64,000 nucleotides of DNA from Eledone cirrhosa (GCA_964016885.1 OZ024744.1:31806001-31870000), one strand, 5' to 3'. Positions 26,601 through 41,224 are shown, counted from the first letter of the stretch. Notes: generated from the letters alone by a model not told the origin. Numbers and translations are program-made.

Positions 26601-27440
26601 GGGAAGGGTAAAGTCGATTAAATTGACCCCAGTGCGTGACTGGTTCTTTATTTTATTGACCCAGTAAGGATGAAAGGCAAAGTTAACCTGGGCGGGATTT
26701 GAACTCAGATCATAAAGGGCCGTAACTCTATGTTGTAAAGTATGGCGTCCGATCATCTACCGATACTGCCAATCCACAAAGGAAATAATTGTTTCTACTT
26801 TTGGCACAAGGCCAGCAATTATACCAGTGCATTACTGGTACTTTATTTTATCGACCCCGTAAGGATGAAAGGCAAAGTTAACCTCGGCGGGAGGCATAAG
26901 CCTTTCAGTGGTAAAGTACTCCTTCTTGGAGTCGACTTTAGGCAAACTGTGCCGGTTATTCTGAGAAGGTCAAATGCTGCTATAATTGAATCTTCTATAA
27001 AATATTCTCCTCTGTGGACAGATGTGACAATTTTTTACTGAGAATATGCAAATAAATGGACAAGAAGAATTCAGTGCATGGCTTCTTAGAATAGGAAATG
27101 GAACAGTCACTAATGATGTGGGCTTAAACGAAGATCTAATAGAAATACCTGAAACCATGATTTCATCTAGAAATTTGATAAAGGACATATTTGGTGACGA
27201 CATTTCTGTAGTAAGTATCGGCAATATTGATGAAATTTCGACAAAAATTATTTTAACATCAAAAACCAAAGATTCAATCGAACTGAATACCAAGATATTA
27301 TCACTTCTAGATGGACACTTACAAATATATCAGTGTTTATGTGTTGGTTGACGAAAGTGATGAGAATATCCTGAATTATCTGGAAGAGGTTTTGAATTCC
27401 CTGATGCTATCAGGGATGCCCCCATACAATCTAAAACATT
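23698..27440 (+). pseudogene. Helitron RepHel transposase pseudogene (HUH Rep endonuclease plus PIF1 helicase) with many stops and frameshifts, 3' truncated
   Basis: Motifs in the expected order: CCHKGK; FKENVRSYNS; RVHGQIYH; DPMTYVLFFPHGE; ILPSSIQGSVRNM ... PDIFLTMTCNP; RPDLVARVF; EF*KRRLPHAHLL; VPYN ... CHVNVEIC ... KYMYKYIYKG; Walker A DSPDGTGKT; ATTGIAA; IIDEASM; GKVLLLGVDFRQTVPV; FSAWLLRIGNG; SGMPPYNL. Confidence 0.95.
26561..26892 (-). mobile_element. Two SINE family A copies at one site inside the Helitron helicase
   Basis: Long-tail copy 26561-26777 with TSD AAAGGAAATAAT (26555-26566 and 26778-26789), then a 5'-truncated copy 26784-26892. The helicase reads LLKEIM before and KPFSGK after. 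Confidence 0.9.
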
Positions 27441-27834
27441 TTACATGACAAAATAAATAGGATGGGTTGGGGTCTCAATATGTAAACTAAACGATTAATT
27501 CTGTTTTTTTTAAATATCAACGGAGACAATCTCGAAAAATTACTGATTTCCTCCAAACACCTCTCACCAGTTATTTGAGACCGGAGAGTATATTATATAA
27601 TGTATTTGTAAATAATTTCTGCTATATTCTTGACTTCATTAATGACACACACACACACATCGCATTAACCGTTAGGTAAAAATGACATTTATTTTCATTG
27701 TCTATGATTCCCTACCTGTCAAGAGGTTCTCTGTTTTACTATCATTCAGCTGAAGGTTGTTGTCAGCCGAATATAGAGGTATACAGGTGGTAGGTTTATC
27801 AACTACCTACTGCGTATCACTTCACTTCACCATA

Positions 27835-28185
27835 TGTGGTTCCTCAGAAAGGTCTTTGGAGTAACGTTACTCGATAAAGTGTGTAGCTCTGAGATGAGAG
27901 AGTTACCCCAAGTAGACCTGCTACTTCTCCAAATTAAGAGATCACAGCTTTGATACTGTAGACATGTGGTTAGAATGTCTCAGTAAAGAATCGCTGGACA
28001 GATTTTTCCGGCAAAACCAACATGTAGGACACCCAGGGGTAGATTCTGAGCAAGATGGTTGGATAACATCCATGAGCTTGGCTGGTCACGTTTGGGAATG
28101 CAGCCGGATCAGTTGGGAGAGGTTGTTTCAGACAGGACCCTCTGGAAGGTGTCTTTGAGGACACTACTCCCCACGAATCTCCCAC
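27835..28185 (+). mobile_element. RTE LINE 3' fragment
   Basis: WFLRKVFGVTLLDKV ... PRGR ... RWLDNIHELGWSRLG ... SDRTLWK. Confidence 0.85.
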
Positions 28186-28329
28186 GACGATGGATGCGAA
28201 ATCCGAAATATAGGGGCAAAAAAATCTATTCTTCCTTCAGCCACCTGATTTTGTTACCCGGAGATTTACTCATCTGCATTGTAAAGGCTTCCAAAGCGAC
28301 CATTATGTGTTTGTGTGAGTGTGTGTGTA

Positions 28330-28445
<116 letters not shown>

Positions 28446-28909
28446 GTAGTAGTAGTAATAATAGGTAAGTAAAATATCCAAGTTATAGTGCAACTTAAGT
28501 CCTTAGGAAGAGTTTTAATATAATTATTAAGGCCAGTAACAACACCGGCGCCATACCATGTACGCTCGCTTAATTAGTCCTCTACTAACTGGTCCTTTCA
28601 TCTTAAGTAAGAAAAAGGCTTATCTCCTTATAATATATAACCACCAATTTCTCTGTCTGTCTGTCCGACAGTGGAAACACGCGCGCGCGTGGTTGCTATC
28701 TCTCTCTCCAGCTATCCCTCTCTTTTATTCTGTCTGTTTCTCTCACTCTCACTCTTTCTCTTTGTAACACACTAACATTCCTCCCCTCTATCGCTGTGAC
28801 GAATGGGGAGATGGAGGAGGAGGAGGAGGAGGAGGAGAGAGTCACTTCGTCACTTCACCTCTGCCTTTCTTTCTCTCCCCTCTCACTCCCTCATTACGTA
28901 CAGACATTA

Positions 28910-29103
28910 GGGCGGTGGATTGGCAGAATCTGTAGAGAGTCGGACACCATGCTTCATAGCATGGAGTTACGTCCCTTTACGGTCTGAGTTCAAATACCGC
29001 CGAGGTTAACTTTGCCTCTCATCCTCACGGGGTCGATAAAATAAAGTAACAGTAATCTACTGAGTAATTGCTGGCCTTGTGCCAAAAGTAGAAACAATTA
29101 TTA
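28910..29103 (+). mobile_element. SINE family A, full length
   Basis: A and B boxes, core and ATTATT end. Confidence 0.9.
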
Positions 29104-29294
29104 GAAACATTGCTTCATTTTTACATATCCAAGCATTAGTAAAATAACTAATAATTTCAAAAGTAATATTTCAATTCCAATTGTTATGAACAGCAAAACA
29201 TTAATAATAATTTTGTTCTAAGAAATATATATACATTTCTGTGTGTGTAATATATATATAGACTAGAACTGTTTCATTCTTGAGAAATCACCAG

Positions 29295-29365
<71 letters not shown>

Positions 29366-29725
29366 TTAGTTTCAGAAGATCTCGTTAAGGGTGAAAGCAG
29401 CGATTCTTTGCTTAAACTTTAATCTTTTATTTTAATAAATATATATATATATATATATATATGAAAAAATGGGGAGAAGAATACTGCAGGTTGCACATGG
29501 ATAACATGTTATAAAATGAGTCCCTCATCAGTGATTTGCCGACGATCATAGATATTTCATTGCATTAAAAATCATATACCTCACGTCGGTGCAATAATAA
29601 CTAAATTAAGTTATTAGGACAATTAAAACGCGTAAAGCGAGTGAGACAAGTAAACAACAAAGAGGAAAGCTAACCGTAGAGAGGAAGGGAACAAGGTACA
29701 TAGTTATTCTGTTAGCATAAGCTAG

Positions 29726-29783
<58 letters not shown>

Positions 29784-30576
29784 GTACGTATTTAATATAT
29801 TAATAATATATATATAATGTATGTATATATAATATATATATGTTAGTAAATACGAAGAAATATTTATACTATTCCACACACATATAATATATATGTTATG
29901 TCGTCGACCACTGATTCCAACAACCAGCGTTCTAGGCCAGCACGTGACACCTGCGTTCCCAGCCATGGCACGCGCGACCTTGGAGTAGTTACCATGGAGA
30001 TCTAGCCAGACACAGCCGAGTTTTTGAATTTACAGACGACAACTTTAAGACTGGCTTTTGGTGTTTTAACCAACTCACTGGGGCTGAGCATATAATATAT
30101 ATATATATATGTGTGTGTGTTATATGTGTGTGTATGCGTGTGTGTGTGTGTGTTATATGTATGTGTATGCGTGTGTGTGTGTGTAGTATGTGTGTGTGTG
30201 TTATATGTGTGTGTGTATGTGTGTGTGCGTGTGTGTGTTATATATGTGTGTGTGTTATATGTGTGTGTGTATGTGTGTGCGTGTGTGTGTTTTATATATG
30301 GGTGTGTGTTATATGTGTGTGTGTGTGTGTGTGTGTATATAATATATATATATATATATATAATATATATATATATATATAATATATATATATATATAAT
30401 ATATATATTATATATGTATATTATGTGTGTCTCTCTATATATATACATATATATAGGTTTAAGTGTGTATGTGCGTGTGTATGTGTGTGTTAGCGTGTGT
30501 GCATATGTGCGTATGTATGAGTGTGTGTATGGTATATGTGTGTTAGTGTATGTGTCTGTATGCGTGTGTGTCTGTC

Positions 30577-30637
<61 letters not shown>

Positions 30638-30877
30638 AGGAATTCATAAGTTTCCTAAAATATGTCTGTATGCTTAATTTTTATTAAAAATTATGAACTG
30701 GTTCTTCCTGTCAGAGATAATAATCTGATTTGAGAATAATGCATCTCAAAATATGAATATGGGTGTATATATATATATGTATGTGTGTGTGTGTCTGTGT
30801 TTGTGTTTGTGTGTTTGTGTGTGTGTTAAATATATATCGACTAGCAGAAAACCACCCACCGGGTGGTTTTCTGCTTG

Positions 30878-31505
30878 TCTATATATATAAAACTGAGGAT
30901 GTCTGTGTGTGTGTGTGAGTTCGAATCCCTAAAACTCGAGAACAACCCAACCGACTGTTTTCAAACTTTACACATGTAATGCTTATGTATCAGGGAGTTT
31001 TATGCACATTAAATTCAACTTTTTTTATCTCCTAGGGCCCGCATTAGGCGAAACACTGCGTTTTTAAACAATTTTAGGGGTTTTTTGAGGCGTTACGTCA
31101 GACCGATTTCCTTGAAATTGTAACTATGTATTAGTCAGTCTCTTCTTCATACCGTAAGCAAAGAAAATCCAACTTTCTTATGGCCTAGGGCCCGCATTAG
31201 GTGAAAAACTTCATTTTTTCAGCTTCTTAGGGCTTTTTGGAGGCGTTACGTCTAGCCGATTTTTCCCGAAATTTCAATATGCAAATAAAAAAAATTCATT
31301 TTCTTGATCCCCTAGGCCCGCATTAGGTGAAAACCTGCATTTTTCCTGCTTCATCGAGGAAAATCTTAAAGATTATCCAGCCATCAGAGTATTTGGTTTA
31401 TATTCTTTACATATTGTCCAGGCATGCAGTTTCTCCACGATTAGGTCTATTGCGGCCCGCGTTCCAAAATACCTTATCCCGTGCAACGCCGGGTACCACT
31501 GCTAG
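30878..31505 (+). mobile_element. Non-autonomous Helitron
   Basis: 5' TCTATATATATAAAACTGAGGATGTCTGTGTG; internal repeats CCTAGGGCCCGCATTAGG x3; 3' hairpin CCCGTGCAACGCCGGG followed by CTAG|T. Confidence 0.85.
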
Positions 31506-31999
31506 TTACATAATATAACCACATTATGAATAAGATGGGAACGCCATGACAATGATGCGTTTGATTATTTAGGTGCGTGAGGAAGTGGGGACTGGGAATA
31601 TACAATAGTCAAAACGAAAGACACAGTGGAACCTCGGCTCAAGAACGCCTCTCATCACGAACAAATCGATTCACGAATGGTGTCTCGAGTAACGAACACG
31701 CAATACGGCAACAACAGTTAGCAATAAGCTGGAAGTATCGGTGATTAATACAACAAGCGTATTATATTGTAAACAGTGAACACGTGTATGTGAGTACATG
31801 TTAATAAATGTGTATGTGAGTACATGTGTGTGTTTACATGTTGCTATACCTTGGCTATCTTTACCAACCTACCATATATGTGTGTATTGTGTGTGTGTGT
31901 GTGTATACATAGACACACACACACATATATATATATACACACACATATATATATATACACACGCACACATATGTGTACACACACACACACACACACACT

Positions 32000-33225
32000 A
32001 CTTTGACGCTAATCTCCGCCAGTTGCAGATGTCGCATCAACATGAGTTTTTTTTTTCTCCACAAAGTTCGATCACCAACAGCAAAGTTTAAAGTCCAGTC
32101 CATAAGTTGACATTGTCACTCCATCGTTTTGGCTGCCGGCCTCTGCTTCTCTTACCAGCCAACCTTCCTTCCAGGCATAACCTACTCACACCACGAGTTG
32201 ATCCTTTTTATATGACCGTATAGTTTGAGTACTCTTGACTTGAGAGTTGATGTAATTGGACTAAGTCTGGTAATTTTGAGCAGCTCACTGATACAGATAC
32301 AGTCGCTGAGCCGCTTGCCAGTCATAAGTCTCATGATGTGGTTCTGGAATGTAGAGAGCTTCTGAAGTGACCTTGTTGTCCAATTAACACAGTCAAGACC
32401 ATATAACACAACTGGTAGGATGTAAGTATCAAAGATCTTAGCCTTCAAATGATAGGAAACTAGTTTTGATGTTAGTACTTCCTTGTTCTTGTTGAAAGCT
32501 GCCCAACCTAGAGTGATGCGATACTGCACAGCAACCATTCCATTGTTGTTTGATGTTAGTACTTCCTTGTTCTTGTTGAAAGCTGCCCAACCTAGAGAGA
32601 TGTGATACTGCACAGCAACCATTCCATTGTTGTTTGATGTTAGTACTTCCTTGTTCTTGTTGAAAGCTGCCCAACCTAGAGTGATGTGATACTGCACAGC
32701 AACCATTCCATTGTTGTTTGATGTTAGTACTTCCTTGTTCTTGTTGAAAGCTGCCCAACCTAGAGTGATGCGATTCTGCACAGCAACCATTCCATTGTTG
32801 TTTGATGTTAGTACTTCCTTGTTCTTGTTGAAAGCTGCCCAACCTAGAGTGATGTGATACTGCACAGCAACCATTCCATTGTTGTTTGATGTTAGTACTT
32901 CCTTGTTCTTGTTGAAAGCTGCCCAACCTAGAGTGATGTGATACTGCACAGCAACCATTCCATTGTTGTTTGATGATAGTTTGTGACCAAGATATACAAA
33001 CTCCCTAACTTGAGCAATTTGCTGGTTGTAGATTGTGAGTTGGAGATTGGCATTGTTTTTATCAGTTGTCATACACTTTGTTTTGGAGATGTTGATGTGT
33101 AAGCCAGCCTCCAGTGAATGTTTGGCCAGTACATTCAGAAAGTCTTGCAGATCAGTTCTGGAGTAACTCATGACGGCCAGATCGTCTGCATAGCTAAGAT
33201 TTGATAGGATTTTACCTCTTATTTG
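32000..33225 (-). mobile_element. 5'-truncated RTE-group LINE with a 6 x 84-bp in-frame internal array
   Basis: LSYADDL (RT catalytic motif), GLHINISKTKCM, REFVYLG, FDTYILPVVLYG, LKLYGHIKR, then after a frameshift GKRSRGRQPKRWSDN. Confidence 0.92.
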
Positions 33226-33472
33226 ATATATATATATACATCTCAGTTTGACAATCGCCACAGACAAATGCGAGAAAGTTCTCCAACCAAAGTTAACCAG
33301 GAATCTTTAAAATTCTTCCCACCGAAGTTAACAAAGAACTTACTAGATCTACCAACTCATAATATTATAATAGTAAAAAATTAAATCAAAAACTTTTTAA
33401 CACTACAAGTGAAGTCATTCTTTTACTTTTTTTCAAATATACGTAACTATACCAAGGATCTCACACACTTTT

Positions 33473-33511
<39 letters not shown>

Positions 33512-33799
33512 AAGGTAGTACAGCATAATCGAAGCTCTGGTTGCGGGCAAGCTAATGAATGCTGTCGGGAAGTGCAGCCAAAAGCTCTCAATAAGGAATT
33601 TTACCTTAGAGTTATAACGTTACGTTTAGACAGCTATGCAAATTGAAGCCTGCGACCGAAATGAGAGCCGCTAGGACCAGAACAACGAAAAAACCGACTG
33701 AGGGAAATGTTTGACTGTTACCTGGGCTTTCGTGGATATATTACATAATATTATATAACATCACCACTAGGTTTCTGATATATATATATATATATATAT

Positions 33800-34312
<513 letters not shown>

Positions 34313-34635
34313 TATATATATATATATATATAAGAAAATGAGGTTTTTTAAAAAATGAAAAAAAAACGAGATGTCCTACACGAGTGAAAGTATAGGGAGA
34401 AAAATGAAATCGAAAATGCAACTGGAGTCTTTTTAAGAATATTTATTTGTTTCCTTTACCGGTTTCGCAGTTCTTCTGTTTTTCAAAAGTAAAATTGAGA
34501 TCGAGGGTTTGTGGTTTATATATATAGGATATATATATATATATATATATTATGTATACTCCAGTCCTACAAACTGTAGAGTGCTTCTTATCCGATATCT
34601 GCATTGCTTTATTGTACTACAATAAAACTCACCTC

Positions 34636-34748
<113 letters not shown>

Positions 34749-35599
34749 TTTATCAACTAGAAATAGATTGACACATATATATATATAAAATAAACACATG
34801 AAACATTCTCAGGGAATAATTTGTAAAGTGTGGATGCTAGGTAGGTAACTAATTAAAGTTTAACTAGAACTTCAAATATAGATACGTTTTAAAATGATTA
34901 ATCTTTAAATAAAAAATATATTTCACCAATTAACCAGTAAATCACAGCGGTCAAATCCCGGAATTTAATTTTGGATATATTTACGTCACCCGTCTATTTC
35001 GTTCTTACTGCTTCCTCTTTCTCTGTATGTTTCACCTCCCTTTACCCTCTCTAACAGTCACTCTCTCTGTTAGCCTCTTCATCACTCTTCACTCACTCAC
35101 TCTCTGCTACTACCTCTCCTACTTCCTCCCGTTTGACCTGTGCGTAATTCTTTTCTCGCGCACGCTTGACCAGGCTGGTTGTTCCTTTTCTCTCTCTTGT
35201 CTACGATTTTACAGAACTTATGTTCACCGAATTCAGGGACTAGACTCCTTCTTCCTCCCGTTAGACCTGTGCGGAATTCCTTCCTTGCTCACATTTCGAC
35301 TAGGTTTGATGGTCTTTATTCTCTCTCGTTCACGATTTCACCGAACTTATATTCATAGAAATCTGGGACTTAACTCTTTCTTCCTCACTTTTCGTTGCAT
35401 TACCATCTTTGATTGTTTACATTCTCGCTCGTTCCCCTTATTTACGTGTCCCAACGACTTTCTTTAGCCGTTACTCGCACCAACCGGAGGTATATGGTCT
35501 TTAAAGCGATGAAATACCAATGAAGGTTGGAAGATCACTGATGAAGGACTAACTTTATTCATATATATATATATATATATGTGTGTGCGTGTGTATATA

Positions 35600-35635
<36 letters not shown>

Positions 35636-36347
35636 TACACACACACACACACATATATATATATATGAATAAAGTTAGTCCTTCGTCAGCGGTGCTATTG
35701 GTAACATGTATTCCAGTACAACCTGTCTCATGGTCGGATCGTTGGCGACTAAACTGGCAACCCCACCAAGGTTTCTTGGTGAGGAGGGTGACTTTGGACA
35801 TCCTGCAGGACTAAAAACAAAACCTGTCAAAGAGCAAAGGAGCTCTTAAGAGTCAATGGCCATCCAAAATCACCGGGAGAGATGACCCCTTAGCCTTTGT
35901 CAAGGCAGAATTCTAGGAGAAGGAAAACTCTGATATAACACCTGCAACCCTGATGGTATCCAATGATGTTGACTTGTTCTTCTTTTTGGTAAATATCATC
36001 TTGGTTAAGAGAGTGGGACTGGCTTTGTGCAGTGTAGTGTTTGTACCAGAGTTTTCAAGTCGCTGGCTGAACTAAAAAGTCACTCGTTCAAGCTACCATG
36101 TATATGTATGTATGTATGTGTATATGTATGTATGTATATGTATATACTGGTAATGAGTAGGAACGATGTGTCAATGTATCATCATTAAGTTCATTCAGGT
36201 ATGAATCGCGTTTTACGATTGATCAACTCAATGATCTGGAATCAATAGCTCGTGGAATCAAACTCGTGGATTCCTTAATGACGGGAGATATACTGCTTTA
36301 AATTACCATTTCTCCTTCACTATACTGTATATATATATATATATATA

Positions 36348-36653
36348 CAGTTGTCCTCCGGTTTTTGCGGCGGTTACGTTCCTATAGCACTCGCGAAGAG
36401 TGAAGAACCGCGAATATTGGACTGCTACATAAAAATGCCTAGAAACGTCAAAACATCGGCCGGCATTTACGGTATTAATAATTTAGCGTTAAAATGCGTG
36501 AAAAAATATATATTGCCACGGAAAAAGTCATAAAAAATCACCGAAGATATTTACGATTCCTCGAATATGCGGCGGTTTCCACGAAAAATTATTAGTTAGG
36601 TTCTAATGAAAATCCCGCGAATAACTGGGACCGCGAATGTTGGGAGTACACTG
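36348..36653. mobile_element. Tc1/mariner (pogo/Tigger-like) MITE
   Basis: TA|CAGTTGTCCTCCGG ... GGGAGTACACTG|TA imperfect TIRs with internal CCGCGAA repeats. Confidence 0.75.
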
Positions 36654-37249
36654 TATATATTGTTTACTTTGGGAGTGTTATGCTGCCAATAAAAACATAC
36701 ACACAGACAGAGAAAGAGAGAGCGAGAGAGGGGGGGGGGGAGGTTGTGGAGAGAGCGAGTGACAGTATTATATACAGACGAGAATACTTTAAGCAGCATA
36801 TCCAAAGGCACGTGCACAATTCACAGATACGAACACACAGACACAGAAAGAGGCGTTTGTGGAGCTCTTTGCTCTCTCTCTCTCTCTCTCTGCTCTGTCT
36901 TATATATAGAAAAGGCAGATATGTGAGTGTGTGTGTGTGTGTGTTCTCGCCCTCCTCCCCCCCTCTCTCTCTCTCTCTCTCTCCCCTCTCTCTCTCTCTA
37001 TCTATCTATCTATCTCTCTTCGCTTTAAGTCTGCCCTTGTTTGACAAGTATAACGTTTATGATAAATGAAGATAGCAGTGGTTAGTGGTGGTGATGTTAT
37101 AGAATAGCAACTTTAGACAGGACATACTATGAAAGGGAATCTTGATCTCTAGTCTAAACAGACCCACTATTGTTTGGTAAGAGGAGTGTATACAGAAATA
37201 CTTACGGACATCTGACGCTGCACACCAGGTCCGAACACAGAAGTGCCGA

Positions 37250-38465
37250 ACTCCCACTGTCATCGCCTCCATCTCTCTCGCCCTCCACATCTCTCTCTAT
37301 TATGAGCAAATGGAGTCCCACGTGCTGGCCACCCCACGGCCAGAATGGAGGAGGCGTTTCCCCGGAGGATGGTGAAGGAGCTGCGCTGGAAGAGCCATTC
37401 CATCTCGCGTGGCTCACACTTGCCGCTGGCCAGCTCAACGCCTATGGACACGAGAAGTCTCCACTGTTAGGGGCTTGACTGCAAACTTGTCGGAGTTGGC
37501 CCATACTTGGAGAGTTTACCCTCCTCAGCCCGAAGTGCAGCAGAGCCTGTGTTAGGCACCAGGTTGCCGCTGGGGAATGTATCGCTGTAAGTGGCATCAC
37601 TGCGAGGTGTTTACCACCGCGGAAAGGGAAAATGGTCATGCTATCTGGCCTTTTGCTGTTCCCTCGGTCCAATCCCACCGGCTGGAGCTGGGAGGGCAAG
37701 CCTGCAGTATCCAAGCTATGTTTTATGACCTTGTTGAGGGCGGCATGGCGTGGAAGGCGGCAGGCACTGTAGCGACAGAAAAGTGGGTGGAGGCCGAAAT
37801 AGTCTACGGTGGATCCGCAACGACATTTGTGTGGCTCGCAGATCTGGAGGCCAAGCCTCGGGGAAACCACTATGTACAGGCTATCATTATTCAGCTGCGC
37901 GTCAGTAGAGAAAGAGGGTAAGGCATGGAGCCAGGCACCGCTGTGGGGTTGCGAGGTCGTGCGAAAACATGCAAGGCGGTGCTGGTCGAGCTGGCGCGCT
38001 AGCCTATCTGAGGCCAGGTTACACTGGATGGCATCCCAAATACTTTAGCAGGGGGAGAAGGAGAAGGGACGTATACTGGGCTAAGTCCAAGCCGGTTTCA
38101 CGTCTCGCAGGCGGCTTCATGTTCCTCGATCACAGTGGGTTCCATTGTTTATTGGAGAATCTTGATATCGAGGAAGGAAACGCCGACGAAGACGGCGCAG
38201 CAAGTGAGACCGGTGACCGGAGACCAAGGCTACCACCATTTCTAACAGATAAGGTGACCTGTTTGCCATCCAATGTTGTCAAACCTGACGTTGCCATCTC
38301 CTCAGCTGCCGTTCGGATACAAGTGTCGAGATCAGCAAGGAGAGAAGCGAGGCTGTAGCAAGGAGCGTTACGAAGAGTATAGGGGAGCTTCGGCATGATG
38401 AAGCAGTTCTTCAACAGGAAGAGGGCTAGATGGACGTTGTTATGTTCTCCCGTCTTAGCTCCTCT
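37250..38465 (-). mobile_element. CRE-like non-LTR retrotransposon, 5'-truncated (post-RT region, CCHC knuckle, restriction-like endonuclease)
   Basis: PKLPYTLRNAP ... TLSVRNGG-LGLR; RLGLQICEPHKCRCG ... HPLFC ... RHAALN ... KRPDSMTIFPF (PD..D REL motif); EPREMEWLFQR ... ILRGNASSIL. Confidence 0.85.
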
Positions 38466-38484
38466 CTTCGTTCACGTTTACTTA

Positions 38485-38574
<90 letters not shown>

Positions 38575-38631
38575 GTTACATGTTTGCACGATTATATATA
38601 AGCGATTCTTTGCTTAAACTTTAATCTGTTC

Positions 38632-38683
<52 letters not shown>

Positions 38684-39169
38684 ATAAAATAAAATAAAAT
38701 AAAATAAAAAAGTAAAATGTTTAAAATTTGGCTTCGTTTATTGCTGCTATATATATATATCGGTGACAGTCATCTTTGGCTGTGACCTCTTCAGGCAGTC
38801 CGAATTAGTATGGTAGAGACAAGTACATATGTTGTTGAGGTGTATAACTTTGTCAATACTCTGATATGCCCAGTTCCTGGTTAGGTTGTTATTTCACTGA
38901 GGAACTGGAATCATATATATATATATATGATCGTGCAAACATGTACACACACACATTAGCACTCATACAGAGACACAGGCACACGTGAACATCACATATT
39001 CATGCACAAAATGGTGCAAACATCTACACGTGTACACATGCACATGTGTTCACTGTTTACAATATAATAGCATTAATCGCTATCTTAGCTGAATACCAGT
39101 CACGGCCACTACGTCGTTGGTTTCGGAGATGCATTTATATATAAATTTGAGCGACTTCAGTTCGTCCGT

Positions 39170-39363
39170 CATACAATTGTTTCTACGTTAGGCACAAGGC
39201 CAGCAATTACCCAGTGCATTACTGGTACTTTATTTTTATCGACCCCGTAAGGATGAAAGGCAAAGTGAACCTCGGCGGGATTTGAACTCAGACCGTAAAG
39301 GGACGTAACTATTCTGGAAAGCATGGCGTCCGACCCTCTACCAATACTGTCAATCCACCGCCC
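39170..39363 (-). mobile_element. SINE family A, full length, 12-bp TSD
   Basis: TSD CCGTCATA(C/T)AAT at 39166-39177 and 39362-39373. Confidence 0.92.
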
Positions 39364-39653
39364 GTCATATAATGTGTTTTGTGTGCGTAAGTCTTGTGCG
39401 TTTATGTGAATATGTGTGTAAAAGGAAGGAAAGGAATGGTGAAAAAAATATAGCAAAACAGCGGCTAGCGTTCCATTTGCTACGCTTTGCGTGTATCTCT
39501 GCATGTGTGTGTGTGTGTGTGTGAATGTATATGTATGTGAGTATGTATTTTTGTAAGTGTGTCTGTGTTTCGGGTTTATATTTATATATTCATACATATA
39601 AATGTATGCATATGTATACACACAAAAATCCTAGTAAATTACAAATTCTAACA

Positions 39654-39984
39654 CAGAGGAAACTCGTTTCACGAATTCAATTCGTTCCTGAATCTGTTCG
39701 TCATCCGAAATGTTCGTAAACTGAAACTATTTTCCCATACGAAATGCTGAGAGACAAATACAGTGTGCGTGAGAGAGAGAGAAAAGGAGAGAGGGGGTGG
39801 ATTGTGTATGAAAGACAGCTAGATATCACAATAGTAACTAAGTACACTGCAAGTGATGCTTTCCCGCCAATACTTCCAGCTTGTTGCCAACTGTTGTTGC
39901 CGTATTGCGTGTTCGTTACTCGAGACACCATGCGTGAATCGATTTGTTCGTGATGAGAGGCGTTCGTGAGTCGAGGTTCCACTG
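39654..39984. mobile_element. pogo/Tigger-like MITE
   Basis: TIRs CAGAGGAAACTCGTTTCACGAA / CAGTGGAACCTCGACTCACGAA with TA at the right flank; a partial inverted copy lies at 31624-31742. Confidence 0.75.
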
Positions 39985-40379
39985 TATGTCTTTCGTTTTG
40001 ACTATTGTATATTCCCAGTCCCCACTTCCTCACGCACCTAAATAATCAAACGCATCATTGTCATGGCGTTCCCATCTTATTCAGAATGTGGTTATATTAT
40101 GTAATAAGCATTTTCCTTACTTAAGATGATAGATATGATGTGACAGCCACGGTTGGAAAGTGAAGATTTTGCTGCTGTTTCTAGCCGGTCGGAAATCTTT
40201 ATATAACGATCCCTAAATGGTCCAGATTGTTGTTGTCATAAATATTGATAGATTGGATACTAATATACGATACTGAACCCTGTTCATATTTAAACGACAA
40301 CAAGGATATTACCTGTTGTGTTGCTTAACATATATATGTATATATATATATATATATATATGACCGAAAGAATATGTAT

Positions 40380-40700
40380 ACAAGCGGCCGAAATGTGGTT
40401 CCTCCGAAAGGTCTTTGGAGTAACGTTACTCGATAAAGTGCATAGCTCTGAGATCAGAGAGTTACTCCAGGTAGAGCCGCTACTTCTCTGAATTGAGAGA
40501 TCACAGCTCTGATACTGTGGACATGCGGTTAGAATGTCTCAGTAAAGAATTGCTGGATATTTTACAGGCAAAACCAACATGTAGGAGACCCAGAGGTAGA
40601 TTCTGAGCAAGATGGTTGGATAGCATCCATGAGCTTGGCTGGTCACGCTTGGGTATCCAACAAGATTAGTTAGAGACAGTTGCTTCTGACAGGACCCGTT
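40380..40700 (+). mobile_element. RTE LINE 3' fragment
   Basis: Close nucleotide match to 27835-28140 (QAAEMWFLRKVFGVTLLDKV...). Confidence 0.85.
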
Positions 40701-40891
40701 GGTCTTTTATTTTCGTTTAATTTTTCTTTTTACTTTACTTGGACCTCTTTTATTTGTGTTAGCTGTGAGATCCTGTCTCTATGTTGTACTCCTGAAGAAG
40801 GGCTAAAGCCCGATACGCCAAACTGTCTTTCCTCTTTCCAATATAAAGCGGGAAACTAGACTTTTTGTACCTCTGTTTGTTGTCTCCTTCT

Positions 40892-41014
<123 letters not shown>

Positions 41015-41183
41015 ATAATAAAATTGAAGACTAAAATCCAAAGAGGGCTCGATGTCTTCCTCCGGTTGCAACGTTTTTTGAAATATCCAGTTCTGCGTTT
41101 ACAGATTGACTTTGTTAGTTTCAGAAGATCCCGTTAAGGGTGAAAGCAGCGATTCTTGGCTTAAACTTTAATCTGTTATTTTA

Positions 41184-41224
<41 letters not shown>

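Noticed and set aside
24071-27351. Functional host PIF1 helicase or active Helitron
   Set aside because: Numerous stops and frameshifts, a degenerate Walker A, SINE insertions and 3' truncation.
29895-30095. Possible solo LTR inside (TA)n
   Set aside because: It begins TGT but has no clear CA end, TSD or second copy.
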